Positions 20,248-28,760 of a stretch of DNA of 56,286 bases are shown here, piece by piece. A program made the position numbers and the translations under genes. Below the pieces are notes generated by a model. It was not told the origin of the DNA. It was given only the letters and a program-made list of their open reading frames with translations, and made no database searches. Each line of letters starts with the position of its first letter. The first letter of the stretch is position 1. Origin of the DNA: Elusimicrobiota bacterium (GTDB lineage Bacteria; Elusimicrobiota; Endomicrobiia; CG1-02-37-114; JAHJSO01); the NCBI GenBank assembly GCA_043826435.1, contig JBDRQF010000054.1, positions 1-56,286 on the forward strand, read 5' to 3'.

Positions 20248-20288
20248 TGTCCATCTATAATGTTAGACTGGGACGTGGCTTTAACGAG

Positions 20289-20317
20289 ATTATACTATAT
20301 TTTTTATAGAAAATCAA
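20289..20317 (-). promoter_or_regulatory. Promoter of the TIGR04255-HicB-HicA-like operon
   Basis: Minus strand reads TTGATT-17 bp-TATAAT, about 40 bp upstream of the ATG at 20247. Confidence 0.6.
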
Positions 20318-20383
20318 TAGTTTTTTGAAAACTGTTTGTTGAAAACGAAAAATTAGAAGCGTCCCTCATCTCTCTACTATTTC

Positions 20384-20581
20384 TCAGCCCATGCTTTGGC
20401 AATCAAAATTTACAATATCGCTATAACCCTGCCTCTCATACTTTGAATGGTTAACCTTGCCCGTCGAAACATCTGTGAAGGCGGGGGCAATATCCGGACC
20501 ATAAAGCGTCTTATATCCCAATTCTTTTAGTATGTCCAACGATAACTGCTCAATTTCTGACTCGGAGATTCTTTTTATCAT
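20384..20581 (-). pseudogene. hsdR: 5' fragment of type I restriction subunit HsdR
   Basis: ISESEIEQ...L.ELGY..LYGPDIAP...ER..YSDIV is the characteristic HsdR N-terminus. It stops after about 60 aa. Confidence 0.8.
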
Positions 20582-20614
20582 ATTATACCATTTAGTATGC
20601 CATTCATACGGTTA

Positions 20615-21649
20615 TTATACCATTCGCTTCCATTTAGCTGATCTGCCCTTTCCAAGACTTTTAATTTTATTTTCCTTTTGCATTTTATCTAATACTTTTT
20701 TTATCATAATCCGACTTACATTAGTACATTCGCGTTCAATATCGGATATACTGAATTCGCCATGTTGTCTACTAACCACTGATTCAACAATGTTTGTTTT
20801 TGCACCCCTTACTATTTTTACATTTCCTACTCGTTCTTCAAATTCTTTATAGGCACTGAGAACAGTCCCAAGAAAATAATGGAACCATGGCATAACATCA
20901 TGTTTTGATTCGTGCCGCATCTTTGAACTTTTATTCAGTACTTCATAATAGGTTTCTTTGGACTGTTCTATAATACGCTCAATACTGATATATTTGCCCA
21001 CTGTAAATCCATGCTGATATAAAACGAGCAGTGTAAGAAGCCGTGATACTCTACCATTACCGTCTCTGAACGGGTGGATACACAGAAAATCAAGTGTAAG
21101 ACAGGCAATAGCGTATAGAGGTGGGTATTTTAATTGATTGATACTGTTTTCATATGCAAGAAACAACTGCTCCATAGCTTTAGGGGTTTGTTTTGCAGTC
21201 ACAGGTTTAAAGATTATTCCTATGCTCCCATTCTGATTTTTGCGGATAATATCATTATCTTTTTCTTTCCACTTACCCGCATCCCATGCCCCACTATGAC
21301 TTAATCGGTGTAATTCTTTTATAGTACCGGGTGTTATTCTTAAACTTTTGTATTTTGTATGAAGCAGTTCAAGGGCTTTGCGATATCCGGCAACTTCTTC
21401 TTCGGAACGGTCACGCGGTTTACTGTGCCCCAGCACCAGAGGTTTAAGCCGACTCTTTTCAACTGTAACCCCTTCAATACGGTTTGACGACTCGGTGCTT
21501 TCAATAAGAGCCAAATCCATTAGCGCCTTTAAAACCTGCGGTGATTGCCTATTGTATAAATCCTGTTTGCCTTTGTATTCAGATATGAAATTCATCAGCC
21601 ATACCGAACCTAAAGGCAATTTGATATTACCCCTTTTAAATGAGTTCAT
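20615..21649 (-). CDS. Fic family protein with C-terminal wHTH
   Basis: HPFRDGNGRVSR Fic motif and SSNRIEG inhibitory-helix motif. Confidence 0.93.
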   Translation of the reverse strand: MNSFKRGNIKLPLGSVWLMNFISEYKGKQDLYNRQSPQVLKALMDLALIESTESSNRIEGVTVEKSRLKPLVLGHSKPRDRSEEEVAGYRKALELLHTKYKSLRITPGTIKELHRLSHSGAWDAGKWKEKDNDIIRKNQNGSIGIIFKPVTAKQTPKAMEQLFLAYENSINQLKYPPLYAIACLTLDFLCIHPFRDGNGRVSRLLTLLVLYQHGFTVGKYISIERIIEQSKETYYEVLNKSSKMRHESKHDVMPWFHYFLGTVLSAYKEFEERVGNVKIVRGAKTNIVESVVSRQHGEFSISDIERECTNVSRIMIKKVLDKMQKENKIKSLGKGRSAKWKRMV

Positions 21650-21697
21650 CTAACCACACCTCTCAATTTCCGATTCGGTTATGATTCTACGATTCAT
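21650..21697 (-). pseudogene. Second HsdR 5' remnant (15 codons) abutting the Fic start
   Basis: Translates as MNRRIITESEIERCG*, compared with MIKRISESEIE at 20581. The TAG directly precedes the Fic ATG. Confidence 0.6.
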
Positions 21698-21759
21698 TTT
21701 TTTTCCCTAACTCGGTAATTAATCATTTCAGGGCATCTTTGGGGTACACCCCAATTATA

Positions 21760-23175
21760 CTAAATTCTGTGTCCAGTTTTCGGGGTGCAGTCCACTTTCC
21801 AATGCCCCCCTTTATCTGGTCCAATGCGTTTAAGCAACCCTTTTTCTTGTAACATGGATAAGTATTTTTTGGTATTTCTTAAATTGATTTTCAAAACTTC
21901 TGCAAGCATTTTGGCAGTAGTTTTCGGTTCTTTATTCAATATTTCCATAATCTTATTTCCCTTTTCACTGAGCATTTTTACAGTGTCTTTTACAGTGTCT
22001 TTTACGGTGTCCTTTACACCCTCACTTAATCCCTCACTTTCCTTCTCTTTTGCCGGTGCAACGGCAATGTTAGGGCGGTAGAAAGTGACAACAAATCCGC
22101 TTTTAATTTTTTCAAAAATAACTTTGACTCCCGCCGTTTTACATTCCTGACTTATACGGCGCAAGCCAGAACCCCATTTTTCAATATCTTCGGAAAGATA
22201 AAACACCTCTGCAATCAATGGATTGCGTGGCACGCTTGGAAGATTGCCTTTAACGAAATCTTCCGGCTCATATTCATATGGAAATTGACCCGGATTGAAT
22301 ATCTCTATTCTGTCACGGTAGATGGCAATCTCATTGCTTTTAGGATTTGTGAAATCCCTGTGGCATAATGAATTGATTATTGCTTCTTTAAGTGCCCGCA
22401 CAGGAATTTCGGGAATTTCAATTCTTTTGCTTCCGGAAAGGTCGGCCCGCCAATTGATATGCTCTTTTACATATGTTTCGCTCTTTTTTATCAGGTCAAA
22501 AAGATTGCCGCGAAAACTTTGAATATCAAGAAATGTTATTTTGTCCTTTCCTGCGAAAACAGCAGATTGAACTTCAACACTGTTATCTTTGCAAAAAAGA
22601 GCCCGACCTGCGTTAAGTAGTTTATTGCCTTTGATAAGGTGCAGTTTATTCAGGACATTTTTTGCGGAATCAAATGAAAAGTTTATTCGTCCTGCTTCCT
22701 TTCCTCTTTTTATAAACGAACGCAGTGCTGAAATATCTATGTCAGTGAACGGCGCCTCTGAAACTTCTGTGCCCCATGAGTACACATAATTTTTCTTTTT
22801 CTCTACAAGTCGCCCAATCTCCTTAGTTGAAAGTTTCTTATCTTCTTCTCCGGCGCGTAGATAAAATCGCCCATATGCGGAATATAATCCTTCATGCCCT
22901 GCGAACTTAACGACAATACAATCCTTGCCTGATATTTTTTGAATTTTTATGTCCGGAAATATTTTGGGGTCAATGTGGTCAGATACCGTTTTAGAAATGT
23001 CTTTAACTGTTGACTTACCTATCTGCTGACCGACAACTTTGCCATCATCATCAAATCCAAAATAGACAGTTCCTTTACCATGCTTATTAAGAATTGCACC
23101 AATAGAAATAACTGCTTCTTTAAGTTCTGATGTTGATTTCTTTAATTCAAAGGTTTCGTTTTCTTTATATTTCAT
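21760..23175 (-). CDS. AlbA_2 (Schlafen-like) + HATPase_c_4 + wHTH protein
   Basis: ENETFELKKS, AILNKHGKGTVYFG.DD.G, EAIINSLCHRDF, RN..IA, IEKWGSG and IGPDKGGHW. The last residues derive from an IS end. Confidence 0.88.
   Translation of the reverse strand: MKYKENETFELKKSTSELKEAVISIGAILNKHGKGTVYFGFDDDGKVVGQQIGKSTVKDISKTVSDHIDPKIFPDIKIQKISGKDCIVVKFAGHEGLYSAYGRFYLRAGEEDKKLSTKEIGRLVEKKKNYVYSWGTEVSEAPFTDIDISALRSFIKRGKEAGRINFSFDSAKNVLNKLHLIKGNKLLNAGRALFCKDNSVEVQSAVFAGKDKITFLDIQSFRGNLFDLIKKSETYVKEHINWRADLSGSKRIEIPEIPVRALKEAIINSLCHRDFTNPKSNEIAIYRDRIEIFNPGQFPYEYEPEDFVKGNLPSVPRNPLIAEVFYLSEDIEKWGSGLRRISQECKTAGVKVIFEKIKSGFVVTFYRPNIAVAPAKEKESEGLSEGVKDTVKDTVKDTVKMLSEKGNKIMEILNKEPKTTAKMLAEVLKINLRNTKKYLSMLQEKGLLKRIGPDKGGHWKVDCTPKTGHRI
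21770..21794 (-). mobile_element. Orphan IS3-family terminal inverted repeat
   Basis: Minus strand TGGACTGCACCCCGAAAACTGGACA is 22/25 identical to the IS end at 56147 (TGGAGTGAACCCCTAAAACTGGACA). No transposase follows. Confidence 0.75.
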
Positions 23176-23227
23176 ATCCCAAGCCCTTTAGATTTTTCTT
23201 TATTTCTTTTTCAAGTTCTTCGGATTC
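23165..23227 (-). pseudogene. 3' remnant of type I methyltransferase HsdM
   Basis: Translates as ESEELEKEIKKNLKGLGYEI*, a typical HsdM C-terminus. Its last codons overlap the ATG of the AlbA_2 gene. Confidence 0.7.
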
Positions 23228-23288
23228 CAATTTATCACCTTTTACTATTTTTATTTCACCTGAAAATGTCCTTCCTTTTCAGGTGTGT

Positions 23289-23463
23289 TTCATCGGTTAA
23301 GTCGTATAATTTATAAACCATCTGCCTGTCCCGACTTTGCCGTGAGTCAATTTAGTGTTCGTATTCCTCCGACGCTACGTCGGAGCAGGTTTGACTTTTG
23401 CCTTCTTGGTATTGCCAGTTTATACTCCAATATTATCACAGTTGTCAAGAAGTGTCACTTTAA
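23289..23463 (-). repeat. 175-bp direct repeat, copy 1 (promoter plus degenerate IIG MTase C-terminal tail with palindromic inserts)
   Basis: 10 mismatches against 25259-25433. The minus strand encodes KAKVK[insert]EYEH*ID[insert]QMVYKLYDLTDE and carries TTGACA-18-TATAAA. Confidence 0.92.
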
Positions 23464-23724
23464 CCCCAAACTAGAACCGTCCCCTACGCCCCTATTCTAT
23501 GTTTTCTGCCATTCTGTTATTTGCATGTTTGTCATATTTGTTGAATGAATTTGCAAGCAAAATCAATCGTGGCTGTCACCATCCAATTTTAACTTTTTTT
23601 ACCAAATCCAAATTTCCTTTCAACCAGGATTTGAGAAGAAAAATCGTTATTCCAATGCGTTGATTTTTCAGTTAAGATTTATGACAAAAGTTTTGGAAAT
23701 CGCTAATATTTTAAATAAATAAAA

Positions 23725-25047
23725 CTATTTCCCTTTTTCTTTCTGTTGATTTAATACTTCTATTGTTAAATTATTCCATTTAATCAAATCTGACAAGGTG
23801 TGGTCTCCTCTTAATTTAAGATCCTTATATTGTTTTGATTCAGTATAAAGTTCTCGTCTATAATTTGCACCAATTCCCATAAAAGGGACTGGAAACATTT
23901 TCATAATTTTTATATTTGAATTAGGAAATAGGTCAATAAACCATCCATCATCTTGGGGGAATAATTTTTGATAAGAATCTAAAGCGTTAGGTATTTCGTC
24001 AATAGGAATTCCGGTTTTTTCAGATAATATTTCAAAATCTTTATTCTTGTAATCTTCTAAAATGAACCCACCAAACATCCACATAAACCATTGCCAAAAA
24101 ATAGAATATTTATGGAAAAATTTATCTTTTGAAATCTTTTCCAATCCTGACATAAAAGAGTTGGGTAAAAAACCCGACGATGGAAGTTTTACGCCCAAGA
24201 ATTTTATATAAAAATCTTGTGTTCTGTTTTTATCACCAACCATTTTATATAGTTTATAATCTATTGCATTTTTTAATATAGCTAATCTTGTTCTATGTTC
24301 TATAAAAGTTGATATTTGGATATCGTTATACATACAAGAATAATATGTTTCTTCATAAAGTTCTTTTGGTAAAACATCTATTTCGTCATCAAAACAACCA
24401 CCCATTAATTCATTTCCAGATCTAGCTGAAAGAAGAGGATAATCCTGAAATAAAGTATAAAGCTGATTTACTTTACTAATAATATACTCCGTAAAAAAAA
24501 TACGACTATTTACTTTGAAATAACAATCTTCAAGAACCCTTAAATATTTTTTGTCTGGTTGACATTTTTTTTTATGGTTCAACCGTTCTAATAAATTTCT
24601 TTCTACCCAATAAGAAAACCTCCAGCATTCGATGTCTACATCATTTATATTGCTACTGTTTATAATATTAGATAATTTATCTTTAGATTCATTCAAATTA
24701 GGAATTATAGCCAAATCTATACTTAGTGAATTAGTCTTCTTTTTTATAAACTCAATATTATCTTTTTCTTTGCTAGTAATTAATATCCCTTTTGATATAT
24801 TTAAATAAACCATCCAGCCTTTTATTTTAAATATATCTGGGAAACCCCAGTTCCCCGATTTTACTTCAAGAAGTCTAATTTCAGGCGGATTAATATTATA
24901 ATTTGTAATAATTATATCTAGCTCTAGAACTTCTTCAATTTGTCTTTCAATTATGTTTCGTTCTATATAATAGCCACTACATTGAAAAAAAGCTGACACA
25001 TATTCCTCAAATTCTTTGTCTTTTGGAATTTTAGGTAATTCTACCAT
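23725..25047 (-). CDS. Hypothetical protein with N-terminal PD-(D/E)XK (Mrr/REase-like) nuclease domain
   Basis: EFEEYV...F...GY...ELDIII...LLEVKSG pattern. The C-terminal ~300 aa are not recognised. Confidence 0.65.
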   Translation of the reverse strand: MVELPKIPKDKEFEEYVSAFFQCSGYYIERNIIERQIEEVLELDIIITNYNINPPEIRLLEVKSGNWGFPDIFKIKGWMVYLNISKGILITSKEKDNIEFIKKKTNSLSIDLAIIPNLNESKDKLSNIINSSNINDVDIECWRFSYWVERNLLERLNHKKKCQPDKKYLRVLEDCYFKVNSRIFFTEYIISKVNQLYTLFQDYPLLSARSGNELMGGCFDDEIDVLPKELYEETYYSCMYNDIQISTFIEHRTRLAILKNAIDYKLYKMVGDKNRTQDFYIKFLGVKLPSSGFLPNSFMSGLEKISKDKFFHKYSIFWQWFMWMFGGFILEDYKNKDFEILSEKTGIPIDEIPNALDSYQKLFPQDDGWFIDLFPNSNIKIMKMFPVPFMGIGANYRRELYTESKQYKDLKLRGDHTLSDLIKWNNLTIEVLNQQKEKGK

Positions 25048-25231
25048 TTTGGCAATAATTTTAAACTATTTCAAAATTATGACTGTAACTAAAGATTTCT
25101 GTTCAAACCTTGAGAAATCAATCAAACTTTCAAAACTTTTGCAAAAATCAAAATTTTATATCCCCCAGTTCAATAAGGAAGTGCAACACTTAGGATAATT
25201 TAGTATGCTCATTTTAACTATCATTACTGCA

Positions 25232-25433
25232 TCATAAACTTTCTATTATCCTTATTTCTTCATCGGTTAAGTCGTATAATTTATAAACCATCTGCCTGTC
25301 CCGACTTTGCCGGGAGTCAATTTAGTGTTCGTATTCCTCCGACGTAACGTCGGAGCAGGTTTGACTTTTGCCTTCTTGGTATTACCAGTTTATACTCCAA
25401 TACTGTCATAGTTATCAAGTAGTGTCACCTTAA
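25232..25433 (-). repeat. 175-bp direct repeat, copy 2 (25259-25433), plus the rest of the MTase-like tail
   Basis: The tail continues ...YKLYDLTDEEIRIIESL* with its stop at 25232-25234. Carries TTGATA-18-TATAAA. Confidence 0.92.
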
Positions 25434-25443
25434 ATATCAAAAA

Positions 25444-27858
25444 TCAGAGATTTACCACCGGATTTAATTCTTCAAAGATAAATTCAAGGATATTTTTAGA
25501 CAAATTCCTTGTATCTTCGTCTATATCTAAAGTTGTTTTGTGATGGTCGTCTTTAAGAACATCATTAAAATCATAAATTTTTCTTGCCGTCTTATCACTT
25601 ATTGAATTCCTTTCTTTCAGTTTAGTAACAATATCACCAATCCCCTCAAAAGATACTCCTTTTAAATCTCTTCTGAACCTCCACTCAAGTTCTTTTTGTA
25701 GTATTGGTCTTAATGATCGACGCACGTCCGATGCGTTTATATCAGAATCGCCGTTAATAAATCTTTCCACTTTTTCTATTTCTCGAGCTTGAGGATCTAA
25801 TCTAGTTTTAGGATCGCTAACCAGTCCAAAGACGACGCCGAAGCCATCTCTTTTAATTTCAATAAATTTTAAATCTACATTCGGAAGACCCTTCAGTTTT
25901 TCGTAAGTGTCAAGTAAAAATCTGCTGTGGTGTGCGGCTATAATCAGTTGGTGGCAAGACGTCGCAAGGTTCTTAATTTCTATAAAGGTCTGTGAAATCC
26001 TATTGTCGTCAAAGCTGGTTATTGGGTCGTCTAAGAAAACGATGGTGTTTCTTAATTCAGCATTGCTTTTCTTTCTGAGTTTTGAAATGAAAATTGAAAA
26101 TGCCAAAGCCCTTCTGTCTGCATCACTAAAAATAAATGGCAACCGATCAAAAGTAATTTCCTCATTTGCAAATTTAATTGTCGGCTCATATACCGGTTGA
26201 CCGCCCCGACGGCGATAAGTTGCTTGGATTTCAAAATCAATAGAGCCTAATCTATTGAAAATGTGCGTTGTATCCTGAAAGTATTGCTCAATGAATCCTT
26301 TATTTTCTTGTTCTAGTTTTTCTTGCAATTTTTTAATTTCCTGCTTTATTTTATCCTTCTCTCCCCTTAAGACTTGCACCTTATCTATATCAGCCGCTAA
26401 TTCGTATCTTTTTACTTTTATATTCAAGTCTATTGTTTTATTGCTCAACTTTTCTGATTCCTTTATTAATTGGTCGTTCTGACTCCTTGCTTTAAGAGTG
26501 TTTATTTCTATGAGAAGTAATTTTGCAGATTCATTGTATTGATTTATTATTTCTCCAAACTGCTGATAAGCGATTAGTAAGTTATCGCTGGTGGGAGATT
26601 CCTTGATGGAAACAAAGGGTTTCCTCTTTTTTTTAGCGATAAGTTCTCCAAATTTACCAGCAACTTCTTCCATTAGCCCTACAAGATTGCTGTTGGATTT
26701 GTTCGCTTTGTTGCTGAGACTATCTAATTGTTCAATGAGTTTTTGATTCTCGTCCGTAAAGTAACCCTGCCAGCGGCGGCAACTTGCCAAATTTTTATTT
26801 ACTAAATTTTCTACTAATTTAATAGTGCTAATAATCTTATTGAATTCTCGATGTTTGTCATCCAGTATTCTAATGGTTTTATTACAAAAGCTTTCATATT
26901 CCTCGCTGAATACTGTTTTGTATGTCTCAATAAGAGCAACAACTGTAGTCAAAGATTGACTGCAAAACGGGCAATTCGAGGCGGCTAACTCTTTATTTTG
27001 TTTAAGGTAGTTGCTTACTCCTTTTTCAATCCATTCTTCTTCTTCGCCATCGTGGAAATTAAAGTGTTGTTCTATATGTTCTCGCATCCGCTTATATGCA
27101 GTATCGTTTATATCTTCAAAGCCTTTTCCCAGCGAATCTTTTAGAATTTTAATTGCCTGTTCGGGGTTTTCAAGAGAAAGCACTGTTGGCTCATCGAGTT
27201 CGAGAATCTTATTCTTTTCCGAAATTGATTTTCTAAATTTATTCAGATTTTGTTGAAACGTAGTTAATTCGGATTTAGTTGCTTCAATATCATCCGGCTT
27301 CTCGACCGATATAAAGTCTTCAAGGCTTATTCCTAAATCTAAAGTTCTCAAACCTCTTTTGAGTAAATCCTCAAATTCGCCGATAGTTTTTGTCGTTTCG
27401 CGGAGCGATTTATTTTTTAAAGAATCTATTTGTTTACCAATCTCGACACTTTTCTCGCCTATCAGCAAACTTGTCAGGTTTTCTTTATTAGACCTTGAAA
27501 TTGTTAATCCTGTAAAAACATTGTCCTCGATAAAGCGAGAGTCAAAAACTTCTATTGAGCAATTAAAGTTGCCCGTATTCCATCTTTGGTTAACACAAGA
27601 AATATCTTGTTCCGTCCTATCTATGCCATTTTCAATACTAAAGCACACTTCTTGGGTAATAGGGTTGCCGTTTCTTATTATTGATTGTCTATTTGATAAA
27701 ACTTCCGGATTTTGATTCGCTATGGAACGAAAAATGTCGGAGAGGGTTGATTTTCCGTAACAATTAGGGCCATAAATTAAGGTCAACCGGCCAATCTCGG
27801 TATGCCCGACATTCAAAAATCTTCCAATCCCTTTAATTTTTTTAATTCTTTTAATCAT
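25444..27858 (-). CDS. RloC-like/AAA_13 ABC ATPase with coiled coil, zinc hook and HEPN-like C-terminus
   Basis: Walker A GPNCYGKS, CPFC zinc hook, signature-like FSDADR, Walker B FLDDPITSFD, H-loop AAHH and C-terminal R..L....N.....HH. Confidence 0.8.
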   Translation of the reverse strand: MIKRIKKIKGIGRFLNVGHTEIGRLTLIYGPNCYGKSTLSDIFRSIANQNPEVLSNRQSIIRNGNPITQEVCFSIENGIDRTEQDISCVNQRWNTGNFNCSIEVFDSRFIEDNVFTGLTISRSNKENLTSLLIGEKSVEIGKQIDSLKNKSLRETTKTIGEFEDLLKRGLRTLDLGISLEDFISVEKPDDIEATKSELTTFQQNLNKFRKSISEKNKILELDEPTVLSLENPEQAIKILKDSLGKGFEDINDTAYKRMREHIEQHFNFHDGEEEEWIEKGVSNYLKQNKELAASNCPFCSQSLTTVVALIETYKTVFSEEYESFCNKTIRILDDKHREFNKIISTIKLVENLVNKNLASCRRWQGYFTDENQKLIEQLDSLSNKANKSNSNLVGLMEEVAGKFGELIAKKKRKPFVSIKESPTSDNLLIAYQQFGEIINQYNESAKLLLIEINTLKARSQNDQLIKESEKLSNKTIDLNIKVKRYELAADIDKVQVLRGEKDKIKQEIKKLQEKLEQENKGFIEQYFQDTTHIFNRLGSIDFEIQATYRRRGGQPVYEPTIKFANEEITFDRLPFIFSDADRRALAFSIFISKLRKKSNAELRNTIVFLDDPITSFDDNRISQTFIEIKNLATSCHQLIIAAHHSRFLLDTYEKLKGLPNVDLKFIEIKRDGFGVVFGLVSDPKTRLDPQAREIEKVERFINGDSDINASDVRRSLRPILQKELEWRFRRDLKGVSFEGIGDIVTKLKERNSISDKTARKIYDFNDVLKDDHHKTTLDIDEDTRNLSKNILEFIFEELNPVVNL

Positions 27859-28005
27859 GGGTGGTTTGGCCCCCGATAATTTTTATCTCCTCTGGCGTGA
27901 GACCGTATAATTTATAAACCAGATGGTCAATCTGGTGTTCGTATTCTTTGACTTTTGCCTGTTTCCTTGAAATATATCAATAATCCTTCTTGAGTAGTAT
28001 AAAAA
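27851..28005 (-). pseudogene. Orphan C-terminal tail of a type IIG MTase (copy 3)
   Basis: Reads KDY*YISRKQAKVKEYEHQIDHLVYKLYGLTPEEIKIIGGQTTHD*, which aligns without gaps to KDYLENTTKQIKVSEYERQLDQLIYKIYGLTEKEIVEI of the 28761-32090 product. Confidence 0.85.
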
Positions 28006-28007
28006 TC

Positions 28008-28745
28008 TCACTGGTTATGTAAAACTGAAAGGTCTCTACATATCCACTTATTTATTTTTCTATTTAAATAAGTTACGAGTACATTGTCTCCCTTATTCTT
28101 GATAATTTTGGCAGTTTTATCTCTATGTAAAATAGCGTGATGATTTGCACAGACAACAGCTAAATTATATGGAGAATTACTACCTCCACGCGACAGATGT
28201 TCTAAGTGATGAACCTCGGAAGTTAAACTCATTAAATCCTTGTTCATTTTAACAGAATATTCACAATCCTGTATCTGGCATTTTACGCCAAAGACTTTTT
28301 TCACAAGATCAGAATTTACTCTTTCGCTTAATAATTTGTTATACATTTTATGCCTGCTTTTTGTTGGTCTTGTCGAAATACCTAATAATTTTTTAATTAA
28401 TTTTTTTAAACAATTTTTTTCTCTACCTTGAATTTTCTTTGCTTTTTTGTACCTTCCAACTTGTCCTTTCATATAAACAAAATACTTATTCTGAGAGATT
28501 ATGTGTATCATTATCTTTCTCTTGTTTCCGAAAGGAATAATACCTTTGATCCAATGAATTATTCTGGAACCTGCCATATATGGATTTGCTCTATGAAGAT
28601 GAAATTTACATTTAATACTTTCACCGCTAGGCAAAACAACATAAACGAATTTATCACTTTTAGGTAAATAAGGCAGTTGACTAGTCACAAATCTTATCAT
28701 ACTACCTGTATGGTGAACTAAATATGCAGTTAATTTTTTCTTCAT
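28008..28745 (-). CDS. HNH endonuclease domain protein
   Basis: CQIQDC...EVHHLEHLSRGGSNSPYNLAVVCANHHAILH. The N-terminal domain is not recognised. Confidence 0.85.
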   Translation of the reverse strand: MKKKLTAYLVHHTGSMIRFVTSQLPYLPKSDKFVYVVLPSGESIKCKFHLHRANPYMAGSRIIHWIKGIIPFGNKRKIMIHIISQNKYFVYMKGQVGRYKKAKKIQGREKNCLKKLIKKLLGISTRPTKSRHKMYNKLLSERVNSDLVKKVFGVKCQIQDCEYSVKMNKDLMSLTSEVHHLEHLSRGGSNSPYNLAVVCANHHAILHRDKTAKIIKNKGDNVLVTYLNRKINKWICRDLSVLHNQ

Positions 28746-28760
28746 AGAGCTCCCTTATTT

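Noticed and set aside
23289..23463. Novel structured ncRNA or riboswitch
   Set aside because: The hairpins are inserts within a recognisable protein-coding remnant, and tail 3 shows the empty sites. An RNA role is not excluded but is not needed to explain the sequence.
23289..25433. Integron attC sites or Xer/dif (pdif) cassette boundaries
   Set aside because: No integron integrase and no RYYYAAC...GTTRRRY bounded stem. aagtcgtataa resembles a XerC half-site but has no XerD half and is explained as YKLYD codons of the MTase tail.
27977..27979. Recoded TGA (selenocysteine or alternative code) in tail 3
   Set aside because: It aligns to Leu in a fragment with no start codon, and TGA is used as a normal stop throughout the window.
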